Source of the DNA: an uncultured Candidatus Saccharibacteria bacterium
Lineage (GTDB): Bacteria > Patescibacteriota > Minisyncoccia > Minisyncoccales > GWA2-38-27
Direction: 5' to 3'
NCBI GenBank assembly: GCA_964648705.1
Contig: CAZYOI010000002.1
Span: 1-30,058, forward strand
DNA: 30,058 nt
Below are positions 1-7,992 of this stretch, piece by piece (positions within the stretch are counted from its first letter, which is position 1; every line of letters begins with the position of its first letter). The translations under genes and the position numbers were made by a program. Under the pieces are notes generated by a model. That model saw only the letters and a list, made by a program, of their open reading frames with translations, ran no database searches and was not told the origin of the DNA.

Positions 1-3
1 AAT

Positions 4-1041
4 ATGACCTACAAAACACCGCTCCTCATAATATTAACAGTCCTCTTAATAGGTTCTGCTGCTCAGGCTGCAGAAGAAACAATAGACGAAGTCATTCAGG
101 ATATTGAGGTTAAAGCAGAAGACCTAGAGATAAAAGAGCCCTCTATTCTCCCCGACAGCCCTTTTTATTTCCTCAAAGAGTGGGGGCGGGGCGTGCGCTC
201 TTTTTTCACTTTCAATTCTGCAAAAAAATTAGAGCTGAAGAATAAATACGCAAGCGAAAAACTTCTTGAATTAGAGAAACTAATAGAAGACAACAAGGGA
301 GAAAATATTATTGAAGAAACAGCTCAAAAATACAAAGAAAGAATAAGGGAGGTCGAGCAGGCAGCAGAAAAGATAAAGGAAAAAGCCGAAGAGAACGAGA
401 GGATCAACACCTTTCTGGACAAATACACTCAGCATCAGATTTTACACCAGAAATTACTGGAAAAGCTGGAAGAACAAGTCTCAGAAAATGCTTTTCAGGA
501 AATTCGAAAATCCCGGGAAGAACATCTAGAGAGATTCAAAAACGTAATGTTAAAGCTTGAAGAAAAAGAACTAATACCAGAAAGAATCGGAAATATAATT
601 GAAAAACAGGCAGGAAGCAATTTCAAAGAGCTCAAAAACCTGGAGATAATGGAAAAGATAAGAGAAAAAATGCCAGAAGAGATTCAAGAGAAACTTCAAG
701 AAAAACAGTATGAGATTCTGGATAGTTTTAAGAACAAACTGGAAAATATTTCAGAACAGGAGCAAAACAGGTTCCAAAAGTACATTGAACAGATTCCCGG
801 AAACAAAGAAAAGCAAATGGAAATAATGGAAAAAGTAAGAAACAGGCTTCCGGAAAACAATCAGCTTAAAAAGAGGCTCCAGGAAATAAAAGACAGGGTT
901 TTAAAGCCCGGAGAACCCTCAGGGAAAATATGCCCAGCTTTCTGGGATCCTGTCTGCGGAGAAGACGGCAAAACCTACTCCAACAGCTGTTATGCTGAGA
1001 GCGCCGGAGTGGATATAGCTTACGAGGGAGAATGCAAATAG
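4..1041 (+). CDS. Secreted/surface coiled-coil protein with N-terminal DUF5667-like domain and C-terminal Kazal-type domain
   Basis: Signal peptide (MTYKTPLLIILTVLLIGSAAQA); ILPDSPFYFLKEW...FFTF motif typical of DUF5667; long E/K/Q helical region; C-terminal CPAFWDPVCGEDGKTYSNSC...GEC Kazal signature. Confidence 0.75.
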   Translation: MTYKTPLLIILTVLLIGSAAQAAEETIDEVIQDIEVKAEDLEIKEPSILPDSPFYFLKEWGRGVRSFFTFNSAKKLELKNKYASEKLLELEKLIEDNKGENIIEETAQKYKERIREVEQAAEKIKEKAEENERINTFLDKYTQHQILHQKLLEKLEEQVSENAFQEIRKSREEHLERFKNVMLKLEEKELIPERIGNIIEKQAGSNFKELKNLEIMEKIREKMPEEIQEKLQEKQYEILDSFKNKLENISEQEQNRFQKYIEQIPGNKEKQMEIMEKVRNRLPENNQLKKRLQEIKDRVLKPGEPSGKICPAFWDPVCGEDGKTYSNSCYAESAGVDIAYEGECK

Positions 1042-1050
1042 GCATCCCAT

Positions 1051-1079
1051 AAAACAGCCCTTGAGGGGGCTGTTTTTTT
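1051..1079 (+). terminator. Intrinsic terminator after the Kazal-domain gene
   Basis: AAAACAGCCC (1051-1060) pairs with GGGCTGTTTT (1067-1076), followed by further Ts. Confidence 0.85.
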
Positions 1080-1089
1080 ATTATAAAAT
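1061..1089 (+). promoter_or_regulatory. Putative sigma70 promoter of miaB (near-leaderless)
   Basis: TTGAGG (1061-1066), 17 bp, TAAAAT (1084-1089); ATG 8 nt downstream; no SD. Confidence 0.45.
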
Positions 1090-1097
1090 AAAGCCCT

Positions 1098-2342
1098 ATG
1101 AAGTACTGGATCAAAACCTTTGGCTGCCAAATGAACAAGTCAGATTCAGAAAGAATCTCAGCCATACTCCAAAAGACAAACCACAGTCCTGTTCAAAATA
1201 TCAAAGAGGCTGATTTGGCTATAATCAATATGTGCTCTGTGAGGCAGTCCGCCGTAGACAGAGTTTACGGTTTAATACCTAAACTGAAAAACAAGAGGTC
1301 TGTTCTCGCAGGATGCATTCTAAAAAAAGACAAAATAAAACTCTCAAAAAGCTTTGATTTTATTCTGGATATCAAAAGCTTGTCTAAATGGCCCGAGATT
1401 ATAGAAGGGAAAAAGACGGCCCCAAGAAAAAACAAAGCATCAAACTATCTGGATATAAAGCCCTGCTACAGCAATAAGTTTTCAGCAAATATCCCTATAA
1501 TGACAGGATGCAACAACTTCTGCTCTTTCTGCGTTGTCCCTTACACCAGAGGAAGAGAAATATCAAGACCTGTCAAAGACATTATCTCTGAAATAAAAAA
1601 GCTGGCTCAAAAAGGATACAAAGAAATATGGCTTTTGGGCCAGAATGTAAACTCATACGACAAAATACCTTTTCCTGATCTTTTAAGAAAAACAAACGAG
1701 ATACAAGGCGACTTCTGGATAAGATTTACCTCTTCAAACCCAAAGGACTTTTCAGACGATACAATAAAAGCCATTAAAGAGTCAGAGAAAGTTACAGAAT
1801 ACCTTAATCTTCCGGCCCAATCGGGAGACAATGAAATACTGAAAAAAATGAACAGGCCTTATACCATAAAAAGGTACAAAGAGATAATTAAAAAAACAAG
1901 AAAAGAAATACCTGATATAACTCTTTCTACAGACATCATCGTAGGCTTTCCGGGAGAAACAAAAGAGCAATTCAATAACACAGCAAAGCTTCTCAAAGAA
2001 ATAGAGTATGACATGGCCTATATCGCTAAATACTCGCCCAGACCCCAGACTGAAGCCTCGAAAATGGAGGACAGCGTCCCTCAAAAAGAAAAAAATAGAA
2101 GAGAAAAGGTTTTAACAGATATTCTTAAAGAAACAGCCCTTAAAAAGAATAAAGAATACATAAGAAAAGAAATAGATGTTTTGTTTAACGCTAGAACAAA
2201 AGGCGGCTGGACAGGAAAAAGCAGAAAGTATAAAACAGTAAAGGTATTCTCTAATAAAAACCTTTTAGGAAAGTTCGCAAAGATAAAAATTACAGACGCT
2301 CTTCCTTGGGGGTTGAAAGGAGAAATAAAAAGCCATTCATAA
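1098..2342 (+). CDS. miaB: tRNA-2-methylthio-N6-dimethylallyladenosine synthase MiaB
   Basis: KTFGCQMN UPF0004 N-terminus, CNNFCSFC radical SAM motif, TDIIVGFPGET, C-terminal TRAM domain; adjacent to miaA. Confidence 0.92.
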   Translation: MKYWIKTFGCQMNKSDSERISAILQKTNHSPVQNIKEADLAIINMCSVRQSAVDRVYGLIPKLKNKRSVLAGCILKKDKIKLSKSFDFILDIKSLSKWPEIIEGKKTAPRKNKASNYLDIKPCYSNKFSANIPIMTGCNNFCSFCVVPYTRGREISRPVKDIISEIKKLAQKGYKEIWLLGQNVNSYDKIPFPDLLRKTNEIQGDFWIRFTSSNPKDFSDDTIKAIKESEKVTEYLNLPAQSGDNEILKKMNRPYTIKRYKEIIKKTRKEIPDITLSTDIIVGFPGETKEQFNNTAKLLKEIEYDMAYIAKYSPRPQTEASKMEDSVPQKEKNRREKVLTDILKETALKKNKEYIRKEIDVLFNARTKGGWTGKSRKYKTVKVFSNKNLLGKFAKIKITDALPWGLKGEIKSHS

Positions 2343-2351
2343 AAGAATGGC

Positions 2352-2462
2352 CTAGAAAAGAGAGTTTCTTCGGTCTCTTTCAAGAAGAGCCGAAACTAAA
2401 AGAACAAGAAACAAGAAAGGAAGGCAAATTATCGCCAATACAGCCCCAAAAGCTTTTCCCAT
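2352..2462 (-). CDS. Unannotated 36-aa single-pass membrane peptide MGKAFGAVLAIICLPFLFLVLLVSALLERDRRNSLF
   Basis: Hand-translated ATG(2462) to TAG(2352); AAGGAG SD 6 nt upstream; promoter-like TTGCTT-17-TAAAAT upstream; hydrophobic stretch then charged tail. Confidence 0.55.
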   Translation of the reverse strand: MGKAFGAVLAIICLPFLFLVLLVSALLERDRRNSLF

Positions 2463-2502
2463 AGCTTTCTCCTTTATCTAGTTTTCAAAAAGCTATTAAT
2501 TC

Positions 2503-2531
2503 ATTTTAAAAAATGATAACTAAAAAAGCAA
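2503..2531 (-). promoter_or_regulatory. Putative sigma70 promoter for the 36-aa peptide, overlapping the miaA start
   Basis: Minus strand TTGCTT (2531-2526), 17 bp, TAAAAT (2508-2503). Confidence 0.45.
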
Positions 2532-3406
2532 TAGCAATAGTAGGCCCTACCGCTTCAGGCAAAACAGAACTCTCTGTAAAACTGGCTAAAAAGTTTAAAG
2601 GAGAGATAATCTCGGCTGATTCAAGACAGGTATACAGAGGAATGGATATAGGGACGGGAAAAATCACCAAAAAAGAAATGAAGGGCATTCCCCACTATCT
2701 TCTTGACGTAGCTTCCCCAAAAAGAAAGTTTACAGTAGTCCAATACAAAAAGAAAGCTTTAAAAACCATAAAAGATATTCAAAAAAGAGGAAAAGTCCCT
2801 TTTTTGGTCGGGGGAACAGCTTTCTATATCTATTCAATAATAGACAATATATCAATACCCAGAGTAAAACCCGACTGGAAGTTAAGAAAAGAACTCCAAA
2901 AGAAAACAAAAGAAGAGCTTTACAATCAATTAAAAAATCTGGATCCAAGAAGAGCTGAAACCATAGACAAAAACAACAAGAGAAGGTTAATAAGGGCTTT
3001 GGAAATAGTTTTAAAAACAGAAAAGCCCGTTCCCCTGCCAAAAAAACAAAAGCTGGATTTTGATTTCCTTATTTTAGGAATTAAAAAACCAAAAGAGGAA
3101 TTAAAGAAAAGAATAGAAAAAAGATTAAAAAAAAGATTAAAGCAGGGAATGATAGCTGAAGTAAAGAGATTGAGAAAATCAGGCGTTTCCTGGAAAAGAC
3201 TGGAAAGCTTCGGCTTAGAATACAGATATATTGCTAAATACCTTGAGAATAAAATATCAGAAAAGGAAATGACAGAAAAGCTGCAAAAAGAAATAGAGCA
3301 TTTTGCTAAAAGACAAATGACTTGGTTTAAAAAAGACAAGAGAATTTACTGGATAAAGAACCGAGAGGAAGCTGAAAAACTAGTCAGAGGTTTTCTCAAC
3401 TATTGA
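2513..3406 (+). CDS. miaA: tRNA dimethylallyltransferase MiaA
   Basis: GPTASGKT P-loop, ISADSRQVYRGMDIGTGK, PHYLLD, RRLIRALE, AKRQMTWF. Confidence 0.97.
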   Translation: MITKKAIAIVGPTASGKTELSVKLAKKFKGEIISADSRQVYRGMDIGTGKITKKEMKGIPHYLLDVASPKRKFTVVQYKKKALKTIKDIQKRGKVPFLVGGTAFYIYSIIDNISIPRVKPDWKLRKELQKKTKEELYNQLKNLDPRRAETIDKNNKRRLIRALEIVLKTEKPVPLPKKQKLDFDFLILGIKKPKEELKKRIEKRLKKRLKQGMIAEVKRLRKSGVSWKRLESFGLEYRYIAKYLENKISEKEMTEKLQKEIEHFAKRQMTWFKKDKRIYWIKNREEAEKLVRGFLNY

Positions 3407-3422
3407 CAGATATGCTTTTAAA

Positions 3423-4877
3423 CTATAAAAGCTTTTTTAAAATCTCAATAACGGTTTCAGGCTTAGCTCTTCCCTTTGTAGCTGCCATTACCTGACCTGT
3501 TAGAAACTGCAGGGCGTTTTCTTTTCCTTTTTTATAATCTTCTGCGGCTTTTTCATTCTTGGAAATAACATCTTTCACAATCTTTTCTATCTCCTGCATA
3601 TCCTCAATCTGAGACAGCTCTCCTTCTTTAATAATATGAGAGGGATCCTTTCCTGCAGAAAACATCTCTTTTAATACTTTCTTTGCTATTTTGCTTGATA
3701 TTTTTCCTTCATAAATCAAAGTAACAAATTCAGCAAAGTTTTCCGGGGTAATAAGGAAATCATCATCTTCCAGAGAACCTCCTTTCAAAAGCCCCTGAAG
3801 GTCTGTGAGGATGTAGTTTGAAGCGAGTTTAATCAAATCCTTGTTCTCTTTCTCTGAAATATCTCTTTCTATTGCTTTGATCCAGTTTTTAAGTTCAGAT
3901 ATTACCTGTTCAAAATACTCACCTAGATCTTTATTAAAAACAAATATCTCAATTTCCTTCTCTCCCAATCCGTACTCTTTTTTGAATCTTTCTCTCTTCT
4001 GATAAGGAAGCTCCGGAATCTCAGCTTTTATCTTGTTCAAAAACTCTTCTGAAAACTTCAAAGTAGGAAGATCGGGCTCTGGAAAATATCTGTAGTCATG
4101 AGCCTCTTCTTTGCTTCTTTGAGAAACCGTAACTTGCTTATTATCATCCCACCCCCTTGTCTCTTGAACAACCTCCTTTCCTGAATCCAATAGCTCTTTC
4201 TGCCTTTCTACCTCATACTCAACAGCTTTTTCTACAGCTTTAAAAGAATTCAGGTTCTTTATCTCCACTTTAGTCCCCTGTTTTTTTCCCGATCTTAAAG
4301 AAATATTGGCTTCAACCCTCATCTGGCCTTTTTCCATATCAGCAGAAGAAACATCCAGATATCTTGCTATCAAACGAAGCTCTTCTGCAAACTTTCTTGT
4401 TTCTTGAGCTGAAGTCAGATCAGGCTCTGTTACTAACTCCATTAAAGGAACTCCTGCCCTGTTAAAATCAACAAAAGAATCCCCTCCAGAATGAACCAAT
4501 CTTCCCGTATCTTCTTCTAAATGTATTCTGGTAATATCAATCTTTCTTCCGTCTATTTCCAAAAAGCCCCCTTTACACAAAGGAATATCGTACTGAGAGA
4601 TCTGGTATCCCTTTGGAAGGTCGGGGTAAAAATAGTTCTTTCTGTCAAACTTTGACAGAGAGGCAATACCGCAGTTTAAAGCATATCCTGTCTTAATAAC
4701 CTTTCTGACTGCCTCCCTGTTTATAACAGGCAAGCTTCCTGGCTGAGCCGTGCAGACAGGACAGATATTGACATTCGGCTCTTTCTCTTCAGGATCGTTC
4801 CTGCAAGAGCAGAACATTTTACTTTGAGTCTTTAATTCTACATGTATCTCCAGCCCTATAACCGTAGCGTATTTCAT
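3423..4877 (-). CDS. gatB: Asp-tRNA(Asn)/Glu-tRNA(Gln) amidotransferase subunit B
   Basis: IGLEIHVEL, KMFCSC, FDRKNYFYPDLPKGYQISQ, RIHLEEDTG, DYRYFPEPDLP, GQVMAATKGRA. Confidence 0.98.
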   Translation of the reverse strand: MKYATVIGLEIHVELKTQSKMFCSCRNDPEEKEPNVNICPVCTAQPGSLPVINREAVRKVIKTGYALNCGIASLSKFDRKNYFYPDLPKGYQISQYDIPLCKGGFLEIDGRKIDITRIHLEEDTGRLVHSGGDSFVDFNRAGVPLMELVTEPDLTSAQETRKFAEELRLIARYLDVSSADMEKGQMRVEANISLRSGKKQGTKVEIKNLNSFKAVEKAVEYEVERQKELLDSGKEVVQETRGWDDNKQVTVSQRSKEEAHDYRYFPEPDLPTLKFSEEFLNKIKAEIPELPYQKRERFKKEYGLGEKEIEIFVFNKDLGEYFEQVISELKNWIKAIERDISEKENKDLIKLASNYILTDLQGLLKGGSLEDDDFLITPENFAEFVTLIYEGKISSKIAKKVLKEMFSAGKDPSHIIKEGELSQIEDMQEIEKIVKDVISKNEKAAEDYKKGKENALQFLTGQVMAATKGRAKPETVIEILKKLL

Positions 4878-4901
4878 AAAGAGAAGATTAATTTCAATTT
4901 A

Positions 4902-4910
4902 ATTATAGCA
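4902..4910 (-). promoter_or_regulatory. Extended -10 promoter of gatB
   Basis: Minus strand TGCTATAAT, 24 nt before the gatB ATG. Confidence 0.55.
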
Positions 4911-4939
4911 AATAAAAGCTCTCGGTTCTAGCCGAGAGC
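4910..4939 (-). terminator. Intrinsic terminator of the secE...thyX operon
   Basis: GCTCTCGG/CCGAGAGC 8-bp stem (4918-4925/4932-4939) followed by TTTTATTT on the minus strand. Confidence 0.85.
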
Positions 4940-4956
4940 CTGTCTTCTTCCAGATT

Positions 4957-5646
4957 CTAAACCTTTTTAGCGCTCAGGCCTTCCTCTGAAATCTCAAAAT
5001 CGTCAAAGATGACAGGAACCCTCTTTTGAACGTCCCTTAAAAGATTAACCATTACTCTTCTAATCTCCCAGTGAGCAGCCGGTCCGCACCTTAAAGCGAA
5101 GATGTGGCGCCATTCCCTGAAGTTTGCCGTAATGACAATCTGGGCCTTAATGCCTATAGGAAGAACCTGCCTTGCATCCTGGGGAACCCATCCTTTTTCT
5201 CTTAATCCTCTGTACATCTGTTCGTTCAAGTCAGCCCATTCCTGGAAAGAAAGAGGAAGGCTGCTGCCGTCTGGAAACTTTAAATCAACAAGCTTTTCGT
5301 CCTTATCTTTGTCTGGAGGGATTACAACCCTGAACTTGCTCTCATCGACGTATCTGGTGGATTCTTGGGTATATGAGGCAAGCCGGTGGCGGACACACTC
5401 ATGAGTGAAACCACGGGAAACATCGTCGAATTCAACTGACATGCAAGAGTGCTCCAAAACCGATTCATGCCCTCTTTTTCTAAGCATCTCTACAAATTTA
5501 GCAGCCGATTCATCTGTAATCTTATCTCTGCTCTGGTAAGCTGTCCTCCCTGCCGCTTCAATCAGCTGAAGAGGATTTTCCCCTTCAATCCCGGCCATAA
5601 TGGAAAGAATCTTATGAGAACCCCGGTTTTTCAGAATTTCTGCCAT
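4957..5646 (-). CDS. thyX: FAD-dependent thymidylate synthase ThyX
   Basis: GHESVLEH, SRGFTHECVRHRLASYTQESTRY (RHRx7S motif), QDARQVLP, NFREWRHIFALR, AHWEIR; AAGGAG SD. Confidence 0.96.
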   Translation of the reverse strand: MAEILKNRGSHKILSIMAGIEGENPLQLIEAAGRTAYQSRDKITDESAAKFVEMLRKRGHESVLEHSCMSVEFDDVSRGFTHECVRHRLASYTQESTRYVDESKFRVVIPPDKDKDEKLVDLKFPDGSSLPLSFQEWADLNEQMYRGLREKGWVPQDARQVLPIGIKAQIVITANFREWRHIFALRCGPAAHWEIRRVMVNLLRDVQKRVPVIFDDFEISEEGLSAKKV

Positions 5647-5647
5647 T

Positions 5648-6283
5648 TTACTTCTCCTTTCTGTTTAGAACCTGTGAAAGAACGACCTTTTTTGTCTCTT
5701 CAAAAACATCTTCAATAGATCCTTCTCCGTCAATAAGAAAAACATTGTCAAACAAAGAAGGAAACTTTTTGTAATAATCCAAAACCTTTGAAAGCTGTTT
5801 TTCTTTCTCAAAGAGAGTTTTTTCCATGCCTCTCTTTTCTATTCTTAAAATACAGGTTTTAGCCGAAACATCAAAAATCAAAGTAAGATCCGGCAGGATA
5901 AATTCCCTGTTTTTCTCAATTAATTCCTCCAGACTCAGCCCCTCAGCTGCTCCGTAAGCCAAGGTAGAAAAAAAATACCTGTCCAAAAGAACATATTTTC
6001 CCTCTTTCAGAGCAGGAAGAACCACTTTCTCTGTATTTTCTCTTCTGTCTTCAATAAAAAGATCCTGAAGCTCTTCAGGATCGGCCTTCATCTCCTTGTC
6101 TAGAACTTTTTTTATCTTTTTTCCTGCTTCAGAATAAACAGTAGGCTCTTTGGAGGATAAAACATCAATTCCTTTTCCTACTAAAAAATCGCGCACAAGC
6201 TTCAGCTGGGTGCTGTGGCCAGAGCCGTCCAGACCCTCAAAAACTATAAGTTTTCCAGGATAAGAATTTTTATTGATTGTCAT
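5648..6283 (-). CDS. tmk: Thymidylate kinase with atypical P-loop (GLDGSGHST); start reassigned to ATG 6283
   Basis: LIVFEGLDGSGxSTQ, KEP, LLDRYFFSTLAYG, PDLTLIFDV, IDGEGSIEDV; lies between dCMP deaminase and thyX. Confidence 0.9.
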   Translation of the reverse strand: MTINKNSYPGKLIVFEGLDGSGHSTQLKLVRDFLVGKGIDVLSSKEPTVYSEAGKKIKKVLDKEMKADPEELQDLFIEDRRENTEKVVLPALKEGKYVLLDRYFFSTLAYGAAEGLSLEELIEKNREFILPDLTLIFDVSAKTCILRIEKRGMEKTLFEKEKQLSKVLDYYKKFPSLFDNVFLIDGEGSIEDVFEETKKVVLSQVLNRKEK

Positions 6284-6764
6284 ATTCTTCCACCGTGTTA
6301 TCCATAACATCCAGCTTTACTCCGGCGCTTTTGAACAAATCCAGAGACATTTTATCTGCGTGATATCTTTTTTGGGCTACTACTCTCTTTATGCCCACTC
6401 TGACTATCCTCATAGCGCAGTTATAGCAGGGAACTAATTTAGTATAGATTGTCGCCCCTTTTACCCTTATTCCTTCCTGGGCGCACTGCAAAATAGCGTT
6501 TTCTTCGGCATGCAGAGTTCTTACGCAGTGCCGGGACTCGTTCCCCTGTTCGTCAATTACCGTCTTCATCATATGCCCGACATCGTCGCAATGAGGCTGG
6601 CCCGGCGGAGCTCCCACATAGCCCGTTGCCAAAATAGTGTTTCCCGGACTTACAATAACAGCTGAATTCCGGCCTCGATCGCAAGTGGCCCTCTTGCTGA
6701 GAGGCTCCAGCAGATTTAGAAAATATTCGTCCCAATTAGGACGGTTATGTTTGGATTCTTTCAT
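6270..6764 (-). CDS. dCMP deaminase (ComEB-like zinc-dependent deaminase)
   Basis: [25 protein letters not shown] and PCYNC zinc motifs. Confidence 0.9.
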   Translation of the reverse strand: MKESKHNRPNWDEYFLNLLEPLSKRATCDRGRNSAVIVSPGNTILATGYVGAPPGQPHCDDVGHMMKTVIDEQGNESRHCVRTLHAEENAILQCAQEGIRVKGATIYTKLVPCYNCAMRIVRVGIKRVVAQKRYHADKMSLDLFKSAGVKLDVMDNTVEEYDNQ

Positions 6765-7186
6765 GATTCTATTTCAATACCCATGTTTTTAGCTGTTCCT
6801 TCAATTATTTTAACTGCCCGCTCCAAGTCCTTTGTATTAAGATCCGGCATTTTCTTTTTGGCAATCTCCTCAAGCTGAGACCTGGAAACCTTAGCCACCT
6901 TTTCTTTGTTGGGAACGCCAGAACCCTTCTCAATCCCCAAGGCCTTTTTCAAAAGCTCTGAAGCAGGAGGCTGCTTTAACTCAAAATTATAGCTTCTGTC
7001 CTCGTAAACTGTAATCTCAACAGGAATAATAAAGCCTGACTGCTCTTTTGTAGCGTCATTGAACTTCTGGCAAAACTCTGAGATATTAATTCCGTGAGGA
7101 GCTAGGGCGGGCCCCACCGGAGGAGCAGGAGTGGCTTTAGCGGCTTCTATTTGAAGTTTTACTACAGACTTTACTTTCTTTGGCAT
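6761..7186 (-). CDS. rplK: 50S ribosomal protein L11
   Basis: [50 protein letters not shown]. Confidence 0.98.
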   Translation of the reverse strand: MPKKVKSVVKLQIEAAKATPAPPVGPALAPHGINISEFCQKFNDATKEQSGFIIPVEITVYEDRSYNFELKQPPASELLKKALGIEKGSGVPNKEKVAKVSRSQLEEIAKKKMPDLNTKDLERAVKIIEGTAKNMGIEIES

Positions 7187-7187
7187 A

Positions 7188-7733
7188 TTAAAGCTTTTTA
7201 ATTTGTAAAGAATCCAGCTCTACCGGAGTGTCTCTGCCGAACATATTGACCAAAACCTTAACCTTTCCTTTTTCCTCGTCAATTTCAGAGACCTTTCCGT
7301 CAAAATCCTTAAAAGGCCCGTCAATAATTTTAACAGAGTCCCCTACTTTGAATTCAATTTTATGCTGGGGCTCTTCTACCCCCATTCTCTTTTTAAGATT
7401 GTCTATCTCCTTTTTGGATATGGGAACCGGAGTGGTGCCTACGCCGACAAAACCCGTTACATTGGGAGTATTCCTGACCACATACCAGGAGTCGTCTGTA
7501 ACTATCATTTCAACCAAAACATATCCGGGGTATATCTTCTCTTCAACCACTTTCCTTTTACCGTTTTTTATCTTTATCTTTTTCTCTTTTGGGACTATAA
7601 CATCGAATATCTTATCCTCCACGCCTAAGGATTCAACCCTCTGTTTCAGATTTTTGGTCACAGCGTCTTCGTATCCAGAATAAGTGTGGATGACATACCA
7701 GTTTCTTTTTTGAGGTAATCTTTGTTTTGGCAT
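7188..7733 (-). CDS. nusG: Transcription termination/antitermination factor NusG
   Basis: [51 protein letters not shown]. Confidence 0.98.
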   Translation of the reverse strand: MPKQRLPQKRNWYVIHTYSGYEDAVTKNLKQRVESLGVEDKIFDVIVPKEKKIKIKNGKRKVVEEKIYPGYVLVEMIVTDDSWYVVRNTPNVTGFVGVGTTPVPISKKEIDNLKKRMGVEEPQHKIEFKVGDSVKIIDGPFKDFDGKVSEIDEEKGKVKVLVNMFGRDTPVELDSLQIKKL

Positions 7734-7927
7734 TATATCACAAAATACTTCAAAACTCTCGCGAAGATAAAGTCAAGCCCTCCTAAAAAAACAGCCACAG
7801 CCAGAGAAGACCCGATAACAACCAAGGTGTATTTTATAGTCTCCTCCCTGCTCGGCCAGTTTACTTTCTTAACTTCCAATTTAACCTCCTTTAAAAAAGG
7901 AGCTATTTTCTGAAAAATGTTTTTCAT
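7733..7927 (-). CDS. secE: Preprotein translocase subunit SecE
   Basis: FLKEVKLEVKKVNWPSREE followed by one TM helix; directly upstream of nusG. Confidence 0.95.
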   Translation of the reverse strand: MKNIFQKIAPFLKEVKLEVKKVNWPSREETIKYTLVVIGSSLAVAVFLGGLDFIFARVLKYFVI

Positions 7928-7963
7928 AGTTTTTAAAAAGGCCTTTCTGGGCCCCTCAGTTAG

Positions 7964-7992
7964 ATATTAACTGAAGAGAAGCGAAAAGTCAA
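7964..7992 (-). promoter_or_regulatory. Sigma70 promoter of the secE-nusG-rplK operon
   Basis: Minus strand TTGACT (7992-7987), 17 bp, TAATAT (7969-7964). Confidence 0.65.
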
